Virus record (IMG/VR): IMGVR_UViG_3300022200_000019
Span: 1-64,000 of that record
Length of the DNA stretch: 64,000 nt
Strand: one strand, 5' to 3'
The translations under genes and the position numbers were made by a program. The notes under the pieces are model-generated. The model was not told the DNA's origin, made no database searches, and was given only the letters and a program-made list of their open reading frames with translations. Positions 19,401 through 26,370 of this stretch are shown here, piece by piece; the first letter of the stretch is position 1; every line of letters starts with the position of its first letter.

Positions 19401-20635
19401 TTACTGGTAACTTAACAGTACAAGGTACTACAACTACTGTTAACTCTAACACAGTTAACATTGGTGACTCAATTATCACTCTAAACAGTGACGAAGCTGG
19501 TGCTCCGTCGCAAAACGGCGGCTTTGAAATTGAGCGTGGTACTTCAACTAATGTTAGCCTAGTATGGGATGAAACAAATGATAAGTGGACAGTAGGTTCA
19601 CAAACATTTGTTGCTTCAACATTTGAAGGTGCTTTAACTGGTAACGTAACTGGTAACGTAACTGGTAACGTAACTGGTTCTTCTGGTTCGTGTACTGGTA
19701 ACGCTACAACAGCATCAGCACTACAAACTGCACGCACTATCGCATTAAGTGGTGACGTAAGCGGTTCTGTTAGCTTTGATGGTTCAGCGAATGCTACTAT
19801 TACTGCTACTGTTGCTAACGACAGCCACACACACGCAAGTTCAACTATTAGCGACTTCTCAGAAGCCGTTCAAGACGTTGCTGGTGCTATGTGGTCAACT
19901 AACACTGAATCAGGTGTTAGTGTTGTTTACCAGGACATTGACGGTACACTAGACATTGATGTAAATGACTTTACAATTACATTAAGCGGTGACGTAACTG
20001 GTTCTGGTACAGTAACTAACCTAGGTAACGTTAGCATTACAACTACTGTTGCTGCTAACTCTGTTGCGCTAGGTACTGACACAACTGGTAACTATGTTGC
20101 TAGTGGTGCTACATCAGGTAACGGTATTAGCGGTTCAGTAAGCAGCGAAGGTGGTACATTTACTGTAACATCAAACGCTACTTCTGCTAACACAGCAAGT
20201 ACTATTGTATTCCGTGATGCTAGCGGCAACTTCTCAGCAGGTACTATTACTGGTACAGCTACTACAGCACAATACGCTGACTTGGCAGAAATTTACTCAG
20301 CAGACGCTGAAATTGAGCCAGGTACTGTTGTATGCTTTGGTGGTGACGCAGAAGTAACTACTTGTAACCACGATATGGATCGTAAGGTAGCAGGTGTTGT
20401 TTCTACTAACCCAGCATACTTAATGAACAGTGAAGCAGACGGTGTTGCTGTAGCACTAACAGGTCGTGTTCCTTGTAAGGTAACTGGCACAATCCGTAAG
20501 GGTGATATGCTAGTATCAGCAGGTAACGGCATGGCACGTGCTGAAGAGAATCCAGCTATGGGTTCGGTTATTGGTAAGGCACTAGAAAACAGCGAAGGTG
20601 ATAACATCATTGAAGTTGTTGTAGGTCGCTTATAA
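13481..20635 (+). CDS. Giant tail fibre (2384 aa) with C-terminal peptidase-G2-type chaperone
   Basis: Extreme G/T/S/A/V bias, repeated GTLGVTGATTL units and several repeated larger modules; C-terminal YADLAEIY...VSTNPAYLMN...ALTGRVPCKV.G...KGD.LV...IGKALE. Confidence 0.8.
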   Translation: MAITRIKNNQITDLTITAAKLANNTITAGKLEDNLTYGSNLTITGNLTVNGASTTVNSTTVAVDDPILLLAPDQAGAGALDIGFIGERGTDTNVAFVWDESADKFVAALTSSADSSSTITVSSYADMQVNDLDLAALTATGNASIGGTLGVTGATTLTGALAANGGITVDTSNFTVDGSTGAVTTASTITATGAISSSAGVSGTTGTFSSNVSAGGTLASTGDFSVNTNKFTVASASGNTSIAGTLGVTGNTTIGGTLGITGETTLASAIVSDLTAGRVVLAGTAGALEDNNNLQFDGSELGITGSIDVSSNVVIGGNLTVNGTTTTVNSTVVTIDDTIFTLGGDSAPASDDDKDRGISFHWHNGTAAKYGFFGYDDSLGEFVFIQDGSETAGVMSASSGLGSAAFGSMRVTDLTNGRVLLAGASGEIADSGNLTFNGSALSVTGTATISSNATVNGNLDVNGATTMGNLTIDGTSTVDMGANRVTNVATPTATSDAATKAYVDQEVSAGGSVLKISGDTGTDSVTTGAANDTLAFSGTANEIVTAVTDNTVTVSLPDNVTIGNNLSVTTDASVSGALTVTGATTASTIDASGAVGVDGNFDVNTNKFTVAAATGNTTVAGTLGVTGATTMSSVTTTGNVTVGGNLTVSGTTTTVNSTTVTVDDPIFTLGGDTAPASDDNKDRGIEFNYHNGTAAKVGFFGWDDSAGEFVFISDATNVAEVMSGSLGNAAFGSARVDDLTQNRLVIVGASGELADNSNLTYSSDRLTVAGTNGISVSNAAILSGNTEVGGTFQVTGATSLNGNVTLGDAGADAVTVTGTATFAQPADFDGGFTVAGSQTINVGSNRIQAVATPSAGTDAVNKSYVDNLLSAGFDISDGTDSQTISQGDTFIINGTPSEVNVAVSATDTLTIGLPDSVTISDALTVTGAATVGTTLGVTGATTLSSTLAAGNTTITGTLSTSGAATLNSASVTNNATVGGTLGVTGATGIDGNFDINTNKFTVNATSGNTAIAGTLGVTGATTLSSTLGVTGNTTVGGTLGVTGESTLASATVSDLTAGRVVLAGTAGAIEDSGNLTFNGTELGVTGTLDVSSDASVGGNLSVTGNTTISGNLTVSGTTTTVNSTVVEVADPIMTIGDDASDDNLDRGLKFKWHNGTAAKAGFFGYDESTGEFVFIEDATDTASVMSGSLGAAAFGTMRVADLTDNRVLLAGASGEIEDSGNLTFDGSALAVTGTASISSNATVGGTLGVTGESTLASATVSDLTSGRVVLAGTAGSLEDSGNLTFNGTLLSVTGNASTSGNITAGGTLSVTGTSTFTGAVTASSNATVGGTLDVTGATSLSNTLTVSGATALNGGLTMDTNKFTVADTTGNVATAGTLDVTGATTLTGLLTANGGITADSGVFTVADTTGNVHTGGTLNADGAATLGSTLGVTGATTLSSTLAVTGATTLTGALTANGTVSLDDAVVINESGADVDFRVEGSTNANMLIVDAGTDSVLIGTATPVTDASFVIGTTDSFMLPVGSNAERPATGVQGMFRFNNISTTPEYYDGSKWTQMSTEFTVIASETFNGDGATTAFTLQSSQTTASTIVSINGVVQLPTTAYAVSGTTLTFTEAPATGDVIEVRELTTTETVVSLSNTAGTATIECSEANSNIAVDCGTMTINGNLVATGSITANGDLAFGDANTDSITFNADVASSILPDVDATYNLGSSSAKWNNVYGVNVTATGTTTVADLTVGAGSTISMGSNKITGVAAPTASTDAATKGYVDGLLSAGTDIFSMAGDTGTASTMQTGDTITISGGTGLSSASTADTITINLDNSGVTAGSYGSSTAIPTFTVNAQGQITAAGTTSISSDMSIAADAGTGGPITVGTDTFTIAGGTNVNTSVFGDTITVNLDASPSVTNLTASGTITGALSGNVTGNVTGNLTGNVTSTGTSSFGTVSTSGNLTVGGTLNSDDITASTVTVSGNATITGNLTVQGTTTTVNSNTVNIGDSIITLNSDEAGAPSQNGGFEIERGTSTNVSLVWDETNDKWTVGSQTFVASTFEGALTGNVTGNVTGNVTGSSGSCTGNATTASALQTARTIALSGDVSGSVSFDGSANATITATVANDSHTHASSTISDFSEAVQDVAGAMWSTNTESGVSVVYQDIDGTLDIDVNDFTITLSGDVTGSGTVTNLGNVSITTTVAANSVALGTDTTGNYVASGATSGNGISGSVSSEGGTFTVTSNATSANTASTIVFRDASGNFSAGTITGTATTAQYADLAEIYSADAEIEPGTVVCFGGDAEVTTCNHDMDRKVAGVVSTNPAYLMNSEADGVAVALTGRVPCKVTGTIRKGDMLVSAGNGMARAEENPAMGSVIGKALENSEGDNIIEVVVGRL
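19637..19678 (+). repeat. Perfect 12-nt in-frame tandem repeat (ACTGGTAACGTA x3 + ACTGGT), encoding TGNV
   Basis: Read directly from the sequence. Confidence 0.9.
20051..20248 (+). repeat. 66-aa module also present at 23005-23202 in another fibre gene
   Basis: AANSVALGTDTTGNYVA(S/A)GATSGNG...SNAT(S/N)ANTASTIVFRDASGNFSAGTI; 64 of 66 residues identical. Confidence 0.92.
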
Positions 20636-20656
20636 TCCTTTAGGGTTATAATACCA

Positions 20657-20688
20657 AAAAAGAAAGGGCGGAAACGCCCTTTCTTTTT
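20657..20688. terminator. Bidirectional intrinsic terminator
   Basis: AAAAAGAAAGGGCG-GAAA-CGCCCTTTCTTTTT. Confidence 0.92.
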
Positions 20689-20714
20689 GACTAAAATTTC
20701 TAATCACATAACCA

Positions 20715-20722
20715 GATAAATA
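20715..20722 (+). promoter_or_regulatory. Late promoter box (GATAAATA)
   Basis: After the terminator and before the 20744 ATG. Confidence 0.65.
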
Positions 20723-20743
20723 TGTAAAAAGGTAAAGAATACA

Positions 20744-21643
20744 ATGGGCTTAACTAGACCAAGACTTGGACAATTCCAAACTACTACAACAGCATTCGAT
20801 GACGCTATTATTGTATTAAACAATAACGCTAGTAATGCTGATAATAATACAAAAGATATTGGTATTGTATTTGAACGTGGGGCTGACCAGAATCAGGTTT
20901 TTCTATGGGACGAGTCTGCTGACGAATTTATTTTAGCTAGTTCAAACGAACAAGGCTCAACGTCCGGCGATGTAACGTTAATCGGGTACGCAAATCTACA
21001 TATTAATAATCTAATTGCTGAAGGCAGTATTACAATGAAGGGTAATGTTGTCCTCGGTGACGCAGTTACCGATACAGTTACATTCAATGGAGCATATACA
21101 TTCCCTAGTGCTGACGGAAGTGCCAATCAAGTACTAGCAACAGACGGTGCTGGCAACTTGAGTTTTGTTAATGTAGCCACAACATTAGATGCTGTTACTA
21201 CCAACGGTGCCACAACAACAAACGCTATTAGCACTGGCGCTATTACTGTTAGCGGTAATATTGTTCCGAGCGCAAACGAAACATATAGCTTAGGTACTCC
21301 AACAAATAGATTCTCTACACTACACGTTGCTCAAAGCACAGTATATTTAGGCGAAACAGCACTTAGTATTGTAAGTGGAGAGTTATATGTAGATGGAAAT
21401 CCTGTCGCTGGCGCAGGTGACGCTTGGCCAGGATATGATGGCGATTATGATTTAGCAAAAGCACTAGCACAAACAACTTCCGAAACTCCGTTTGAGGAAG
21501 GCGGTGAAGATCCATTTGGTGTTGTACTAACACTTGTGTTTGACAACATGGACCCAGGTGGGCAAATTATTACATATGATTTAGCCGGCACATACGCAAG
21601 CGGCACAGCAACCGGAAGCCCTGAGGCTTACTTGGGCGCATAA
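20744..21643 (+). CDS. Virion structural protein (fibre-related)
   Basis: DIGIVFERG...FLWDESADEF module; YTFPSADGSANQVLATDGAGNLSF and IVPSANETYSLGTPTNRF fibre motifs. Confidence 0.65.
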   Translation: MGLTRPRLGQFQTTTTAFDDAIIVLNNNASNADNNTKDIGIVFERGADQNQVFLWDESADEFILASSNEQGSTSGDVTLIGYANLHINNLIAEGSITMKGNVVLGDAVTDTVTFNGAYTFPSADGSANQVLATDGAGNLSFVNVATTLDAVTTNGATTTNAISTGAITVSGNIVPSANETYSLGTPTNRFSTLHVAQSTVYLGETALSIVSGELYVDGNPVAGAGDAWPGYDGDYDLAKALAQTTSETPFEEGGEDPFGVVLTLVFDNMDPGGQIITYDLAGTYASGTATGSPEAYLGA

Positions 21644-21646
21644 ATA
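21639..21646 (+). promoter_or_regulatory. Late promoter box (CATAAATA) overlapping the upstream stop codon
   Basis: Followed by an AGGA RBS and the 21670 ATG. Confidence 0.55.
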
Positions 21647-21669
21647 TAGATATCAAACAGGATTAGGAA

Positions 21670-23874
21670 ATGCCTACAGTACTACAATTAAGACGTGGAA
21701 CAACCGCACAAAACAACGCTTTCACTGGCTCCGCTGGCGAGCTTACATTCAACACATCAACTGGTGCATTAAGAGCGCACGATGGAACAACAGCAGGCGG
21801 TGCTGAGATGCTCGTTAATACTGGTAGTAACGCAAATATTTCCCAATCAGTTACATTAACTGGTGCAGTCACTGGTTCGGGTACTATTACTAATCTTGGC
21901 GATTTAACTATTGCTACAACTGCTACAAATGACCCAACTATTACACTAGCAGGTGATTTAACTGGTAGTTGCACACTAACTAACTTAGGAAATGCTACAT
22001 TAACAGCAACTATTGCTGCTAACTCAGTAGCACTTGGCACTGATACTACTGGTAATTATATGTCTAACATTTCTGCTGGTACCGGAATTAGTGTAAGCCA
22101 CACACCAGGCGAAGGATCAACAGGAACTATAGCATTATCACATCTAGGGATTCAATCACTAAGTGATCCTCTAGCTGATAGGATTTTAATGTGGGACAGT
22201 AGCGCAGGCGCAAGTGCTTGGTTAACTGTCGGATCAAATCTAACATTATCAGGAACTACATTAAGTGCCGACACACAAGCACCTGTTGCTGGTACCGGGA
22301 TTAGCGTATCCGGAACAACAGTTTCGTTAGGAACATCAGGAGTAACTGCCGGGAGTTACGGTAGTTCAAGTGCTGTTCCTGTATTAACTGTTGACGCATA
22401 TGGACGTATCACTAGCGCAAGTACAGCAAGTATTACAACTGACTTATCCATTGCTAGCGACTTAGGCACTGGCACAATTAGTTTAGCTAGTGAAACAATG
22501 ACAGTTACAGGCGGCACTAACGCTAATACGAGCATTAGTGGGAACACAATTACAGTAAATGTTGATTCAAGCCCGAGTTTTGGCGGCAATGTTACTATTG
22601 CTGGTAACTTAACAGTAAACGGTACTGTAACCACAGTAGCTACAACAAATACAACAATTAGCGATAGCTTAATTGAATTAAATTCGGGCGCAGCTTCAAA
22701 CGCAAGCGACTTAGGTATTGTAATGGAACGTGGTTTAACTGGAGATAATGCATTTATTGGGTGGGACGAATCCGCTGATAAGTTTATTGTAGGTACAACA
22801 ACAGCAACAGGATCAAGTACAGGCGATTTAGTTATTACTGCTGCTAACCTAACTGTAGCAACTCCTGTTGCTAGCACAGACGCAGCGACCAAAGGATATG
22901 TTGATTCTGCTGTTTCAACAAGTCCTGTAATTACATTAGCAGGCGATTTATCAGGAAGTTGTACATTAACTAACCTAGGAAGTGCTACGTTAACAGCAAC
23001 AATCGCTGCCAACTCAGTAGCATTAGGTACTGATACAACTGGTAATTATGTAGCAGCAGGCGCCACATCTGGCAACGGTATTTCAGGATCTGTAAGCAGC
23101 GAAGGTGGCACGTTTACTGTAACGTCAAATGCCACTAACGCAAATACAGCGAGTACTATTGTATTCCGTGATGCGTCAGGTAATTTCTCAGCAGGTACTA
23201 TTAGTGCTAATTTAACAGGTAATGTTACAGGTAATGTTACAGGTAATGTTACAGGTAGTTCAGGCTCATGCACAGGAAATGCTGCTACAGCAACAAATGC
23301 AACTAATGCTGCAAACGTACAAGTTGATGCTGATAATCTTACAAATGCTACCCACTACATCACTTTCTCGGGTGCTGCAACTGGTAACAACCGTCTAAAC
23401 AGCGATACAGGGTTAACATATAACCCATCAACAAATACATTATCAACTAGTATTTTTTCTGGTACGTCAACAACAGCGAGATATGCTGACTTGGCTGAAA
23501 ATTACATAGCAGATGAAGCATATTCCGCTGGTACTGTTGTAGCATTTGGTGGTGATGCAGAAGTTACAGTTGCTAACACATTTGCTTCGCGCAACACAGC
23601 AGGTGTAGTATCAACTAATCCAGCACACTTAATGAATTCGGAGTTAACTGGAGACACAGTAGTAGCATTAGCACTAGCAGGACGTGTTCCGTGTCGTGTA
23701 GTTGGTGTAGTACGTAAAGGCGACTTAATGGTTGCTTCAAATACTCCGGGGTGTGCTATAGCATGGGGAGAAGAATTACGCGATCCGCCAGCAGGCTCTA
23801 TTATTGGCAAAGCACTTGAAGATAAATCAGGTCAAGGTGAAGGAATTATCGAAGTAGTTGTTGGTGTACGATGA
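21670..23874 (+). CDS. Tail fibre with C-terminal peptidase-G2-type chaperone
   Basis: N-terminal VLQLRRGTTAQNNAFTG..GEL; C-terminal YADLAENY...VVSTNPAHLMN...ALAGRVPCRV. Confidence 0.78.
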   Translation: MPTVLQLRRGTTAQNNAFTGSAGELTFNTSTGALRAHDGTTAGGAEMLVNTGSNANISQSVTLTGAVTGSGTITNLGDLTIATTATNDPTITLAGDLTGSCTLTNLGNATLTATIAANSVALGTDTTGNYMSNISAGTGISVSHTPGEGSTGTIALSHLGIQSLSDPLADRILMWDSSAGASAWLTVGSNLTLSGTTLSADTQAPVAGTGISVSGTTVSLGTSGVTAGSYGSSSAVPVLTVDAYGRITSASTASITTDLSIASDLGTGTISLASETMTVTGGTNANTSISGNTITVNVDSSPSFGGNVTIAGNLTVNGTVTTVATTNTTISDSLIELNSGAASNASDLGIVMERGLTGDNAFIGWDESADKFIVGTTTATGSSTGDLVITAANLTVATPVASTDAATKGYVDSAVSTSPVITLAGDLSGSCTLTNLGSATLTATIAANSVALGTDTTGNYVAAGATSGNGISGSVSSEGGTFTVTSNATNANTASTIVFRDASGNFSAGTISANLTGNVTGNVTGNVTGSSGSCTGNAATATNATNAANVQVDADNLTNATHYITFSGAATGNNRLNSDTGLTYNPSTNTLSTSIFSGTSTTARYADLAENYIADEAYSAGTVVAFGGDAEVTVANTFASRNTAGVVSTNPAHLMNSELTGDTVVALALAGRVPCRVVGVVRKGDLMVASNTPGCAIAWGEELRDPPAGSIIGKALEDKSGQGEGIIEVVVGVR
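23215..23256 (+). repeat. Perfect 12-nt in-frame tandem repeat (ACAGGTAATGTT x3 + ACAGGT), encoding TGNV
   Basis: Read directly from the sequence. Confidence 0.9.
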
Positions 23875-24542
23875 TTGAAGAACAGTACAGAACAGAGTAC
23901 GAAGGCGAATTTGTAGTAACTGGTATTCACTACAAAAACGGTAAAAAAGAACAAACACGTGAGTGGATCGATAATCCACTTGAACTCAAATCAATTTCTG
24001 GACGTGCAGTATGCGTTAGTGACGGATTAACGGTTGATGATTTTAACTTGTCAAGATTAATGGCACGTCACGGACTGTTAAACACATTAGCACTACACGT
24101 ATACGGAACCAATAAATTATATCAAAAATTCCACCCAAACTTTCACGTAACGTTTGACAAAGAAGACTTAGAAGATTTAGTAGCACAAAACTTAACAGAA
24201 GAAATAATGGTATATACTAATACCAGCAACTGTTTAAAATACCCTGGTGAGTTCTTTATTATCCCTTATGGTATTAAAAGTACAAGCGAAGCGATTGCTG
24301 CTTGGTTAGCATGCTTTGATGGGCATAAAGAAATTTATCTATTAGGATACGATCAATACACTAGAGATTCTACGCGACGCACTAAGCTAATTGACTCTGT
24401 TGAACGAGTTATTAAAGCGTATAGTTCAACTAAGTTTATTCATGTTATTAGAAGCGGTGAAACACCCGATGAATGGCGTCAGCACCTAAATGTAAAAACA
24501 ATGACTAGACCGGAATTTATTAGTCATTGCGATATTTCATAA
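23871..24542 (+). CDS. Divergent paralogue of the 2103 MptE/Maf-like protein
   Basis: YGTNKLYQKFHPNFHVTFD aligns with YGCNALYREFTPTVLVATD; AAWLACFDGHKEIYLLGYD aligns with AVNLAVKDSHKQIFLLGFD. Confidence 0.6.
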   Translation: MIEEQYRTEYEGEFVVTGIHYKNGKKEQTREWIDNPLELKSISGRAVCVSDGLTVDDFNLSRLMARHGLLNTLALHVYGTNKLYQKFHPNFHVTFDKEDLEDLVAQNLTEEIMVYTNTSNCLKYPGEFFIIPYGIKSTSEAIAAWLACFDGHKEIYLLGYDQYTRDSTRRTKLIDSVERVIKAYSSTKFIHVIRSGETPDEWRQHLNVKTMTRPEFISHCDIS

Positions 24543-24970
24543 CTGTACAATTTTTCCACAGTTTCGATTTTATTATAGATATCTTCGATATTAATAGTAG
24601 CCCAAAGTCCCGGATGTAGAGGCTTTGGAATAATTCCTTTGTCAATCCACGAATATCCTAAGTGTTCGTCGTTGAGTTTTGGAATAAATTCGTCTGTTAC
24701 TAAGCAAAAGAATGTGTGGTATATAAAATGATTATTAGGTCCTGTAAACTGTTCAATAGGAACAAGTTTAATATACTCTGGTAAACTGCCCATTTCTTCA
24801 GAGCATTCGCGAGTAATAGTATCTAATAATGCTTCGCCATTTTCAACCTTGCCGCCAGGTAACCCCCAATGATAAGGATGTTTAGGATCATTACGCATTA
24901 AGTACAAATAACGTTGTGTGTTATAGGCGTAGAACCAAATACCTACTGCGTTTAGATCACCAGTGACCAT
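24524..24970 (-). CDS. NUDIX hydrolase
   Basis: Nudix box WGLPGGKVENGEALLDTITRECSEEMG; LNDEHLGYSW...PLHPG. Confidence 0.92.
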   Translation of the reverse strand: MVTGDLNAVGIWFYAYNTQRYLYLMRNDPKHPYHWGLPGGKVENGEALLDTITRECSEEMGSLPEYIKLVPIEQFTGPNNHFIYHTFFCLVTDEFIPKLNDEHLGYSWIDKGIIPKPLHPGLWATINIEDIYNKIETVEKLYSYEISQ

Positions 24971-26370
24971 TTGCCTCCCTGATACAACCCTTCATAACTG
25001 CGTACCCACACAGAACCATCCCATTTATATTGTAAACTGGTGGTCAAATTGGTAACATATTCTATTGATGCAGTAGTACTAGCATCAAAAACTACTGACC
25101 ATTGTGATCCGTTGTATTCAATGATATCATTGATGCCAGCAATTAATTCCTGATCATCTGTGCTTTTCCATGCTTGTGCCATGGGTGGAACAGTGGATCT
25201 ATCGTCAGAATCAGCACCATAACCAATGCTGTCTGTTAACAAATATCTCTGACCAACTGTGGCTACTGGCAGTTCTGCACCAGGGCCACTACGTTGTGGA
25301 TCGATGACAGCGTTAACTGGGGCTAGTGTGTTTGCAGGAAGCGTATCTTCGTCAACTGTGAACAGCATAATGCGATCATCAGTTGGATGATAAGCAACAG
25401 TACCTACAATCTCAATATCGTTAGTGTCATTTTCTAACCGAATTTGACTAATACCATCGCGTAACTTACCGTATTCTTCAACAACAGCGTGCCATAATAT
25501 AATGCTGTCGTCTTGCGTACTTAAACTTCCTAAATCTGTATTTGCTTCGTCTACGGCACTTGATTTTAGTACTTGCAATTGATTACCAATTAACAATACT
25601 TGATACCCATGCGGAGTAACTTGCAAACGAGTACCTAATAACAAATCATCGTTTTCTAATATGCTATTAGTATTACCGTTAGCATCAAATACACTGGCAA
25701 TGACTTTGTGAATAACACCAAGTTTAGTAACTTTAGCAGGCATACTGATCCATATTGGAAGAGTAAACGTTAGCGTCATAATATCAATTGGTTCATCATT
25801 GCCAACCGGAACGGTACGAGATGTATAGTTAATATCGTTAAGTTCAACAACAGTTAAACTAGTCCAATCAATATAATTATCAGTGCTTTGTATTTCTAAA
25901 CTTGGATTGAACATTGGAGAAATTTGTTCAAACAACTGCCATTTTTGATTTGTGTTTGTGGTCCAAATGTCTAACTTGATAGTTACATCATATGGAACTG
26001 GCATATGACGTTTAACAGTAAACGCATTGCCTTGCGTAGTTTCATAAGTTTCTGTGTCTGCATCCCAAGAACGCTGACGATAACTACGTGTGTCTACATG
26101 ATATGGTTCTTGCACACGTTCTCTTGCGTATTTTAATCCACTTACATAAAAACTCATCATCGGCGCACTAGGCATTGAATTAGCACTATTGTTTTGAATA
26201 ATGTTCTGAGCTTGGCGAGAAGCATCACCATAACGAATAGGAACTGTTAAGTAGGTTGGATTACCTGAGTCATCTTTGCCGTACTCTACTTGGAATCCCG
26301 AGAAGATTCTTGTAAATTGTAGCAAAAATCTACGTAATTGTTCGTCGTAGAAGAAATCAACTTGTGCCAT
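24952..26370 (-). CDS. gp15: Tail completion / sheath stabiliser (gp15-like) with C-terminal extension
   Basis: FFYDEQLRRFLLQF.RIFS, VPIRYGD, MPVPYDV.IKLDIWT.N..QK.QL.EQI.P.FNPS. Confidence 0.75.
   Translation of the reverse strand: MAQVDFFYDEQLRRFLLQFTRIFSGFQVEYGKDDSGNPTYLTVPIRYGDASRQAQNIIQNNSANSMPSAPMMSFYVSGLKYARERVQEPYHVDTRSYRQRSWDADTETYETTQGNAFTVKRHMPVPYDVTIKLDIWTTNTNQKWQLFEQISPMFNPSLEIQSTDNYIDWTSLTVVELNDINYTSRTVPVGNDEPIDIMTLTFTLPIWISMPAKVTKLGVIHKVIASVFDANGNTNSILENDDLLLGTRLQVTPHGYQVLLIGNQLQVLKSSAVDEANTDLGSLSTQDDSIILWHAVVEEYGKLRDGISQIRLENDTNDIEIVGTVAYHPTDDRIMLFTVDEDTLPANTLAPVNAVIDPQRSGPGAELPVATVGQRYLLTDSIGYGADSDDRSTVPPMAQAWKSTDDQELIAGINDIIEYNGSQWSVVFDASTTASIEYVTNLTTSLQYKWDGSVWVRSYEGLYQGGKWSLVI

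Noticed and set aside
4197-23810. Many long antisense ORFs (e.g. 13849-14577, 14602-15522, 15949-16932, 16972-18036, 19012-19830)
   Set aside because: They are V/P/A/T-rich mirror images of the Gly/Thr/Ala codon bias of the fibre genes, have no RBS or promoter, and lie fully inside well-supported genes
10495-23874. Diversity-generating retroelement suggested by the Mtd-like N-termini (QLRRGT) of two fibres
   Set aside because: No reverse transcriptase in the window and no template/variable repeat pair differing only at adenines; the repeats found differ at synonymous positions of all bases
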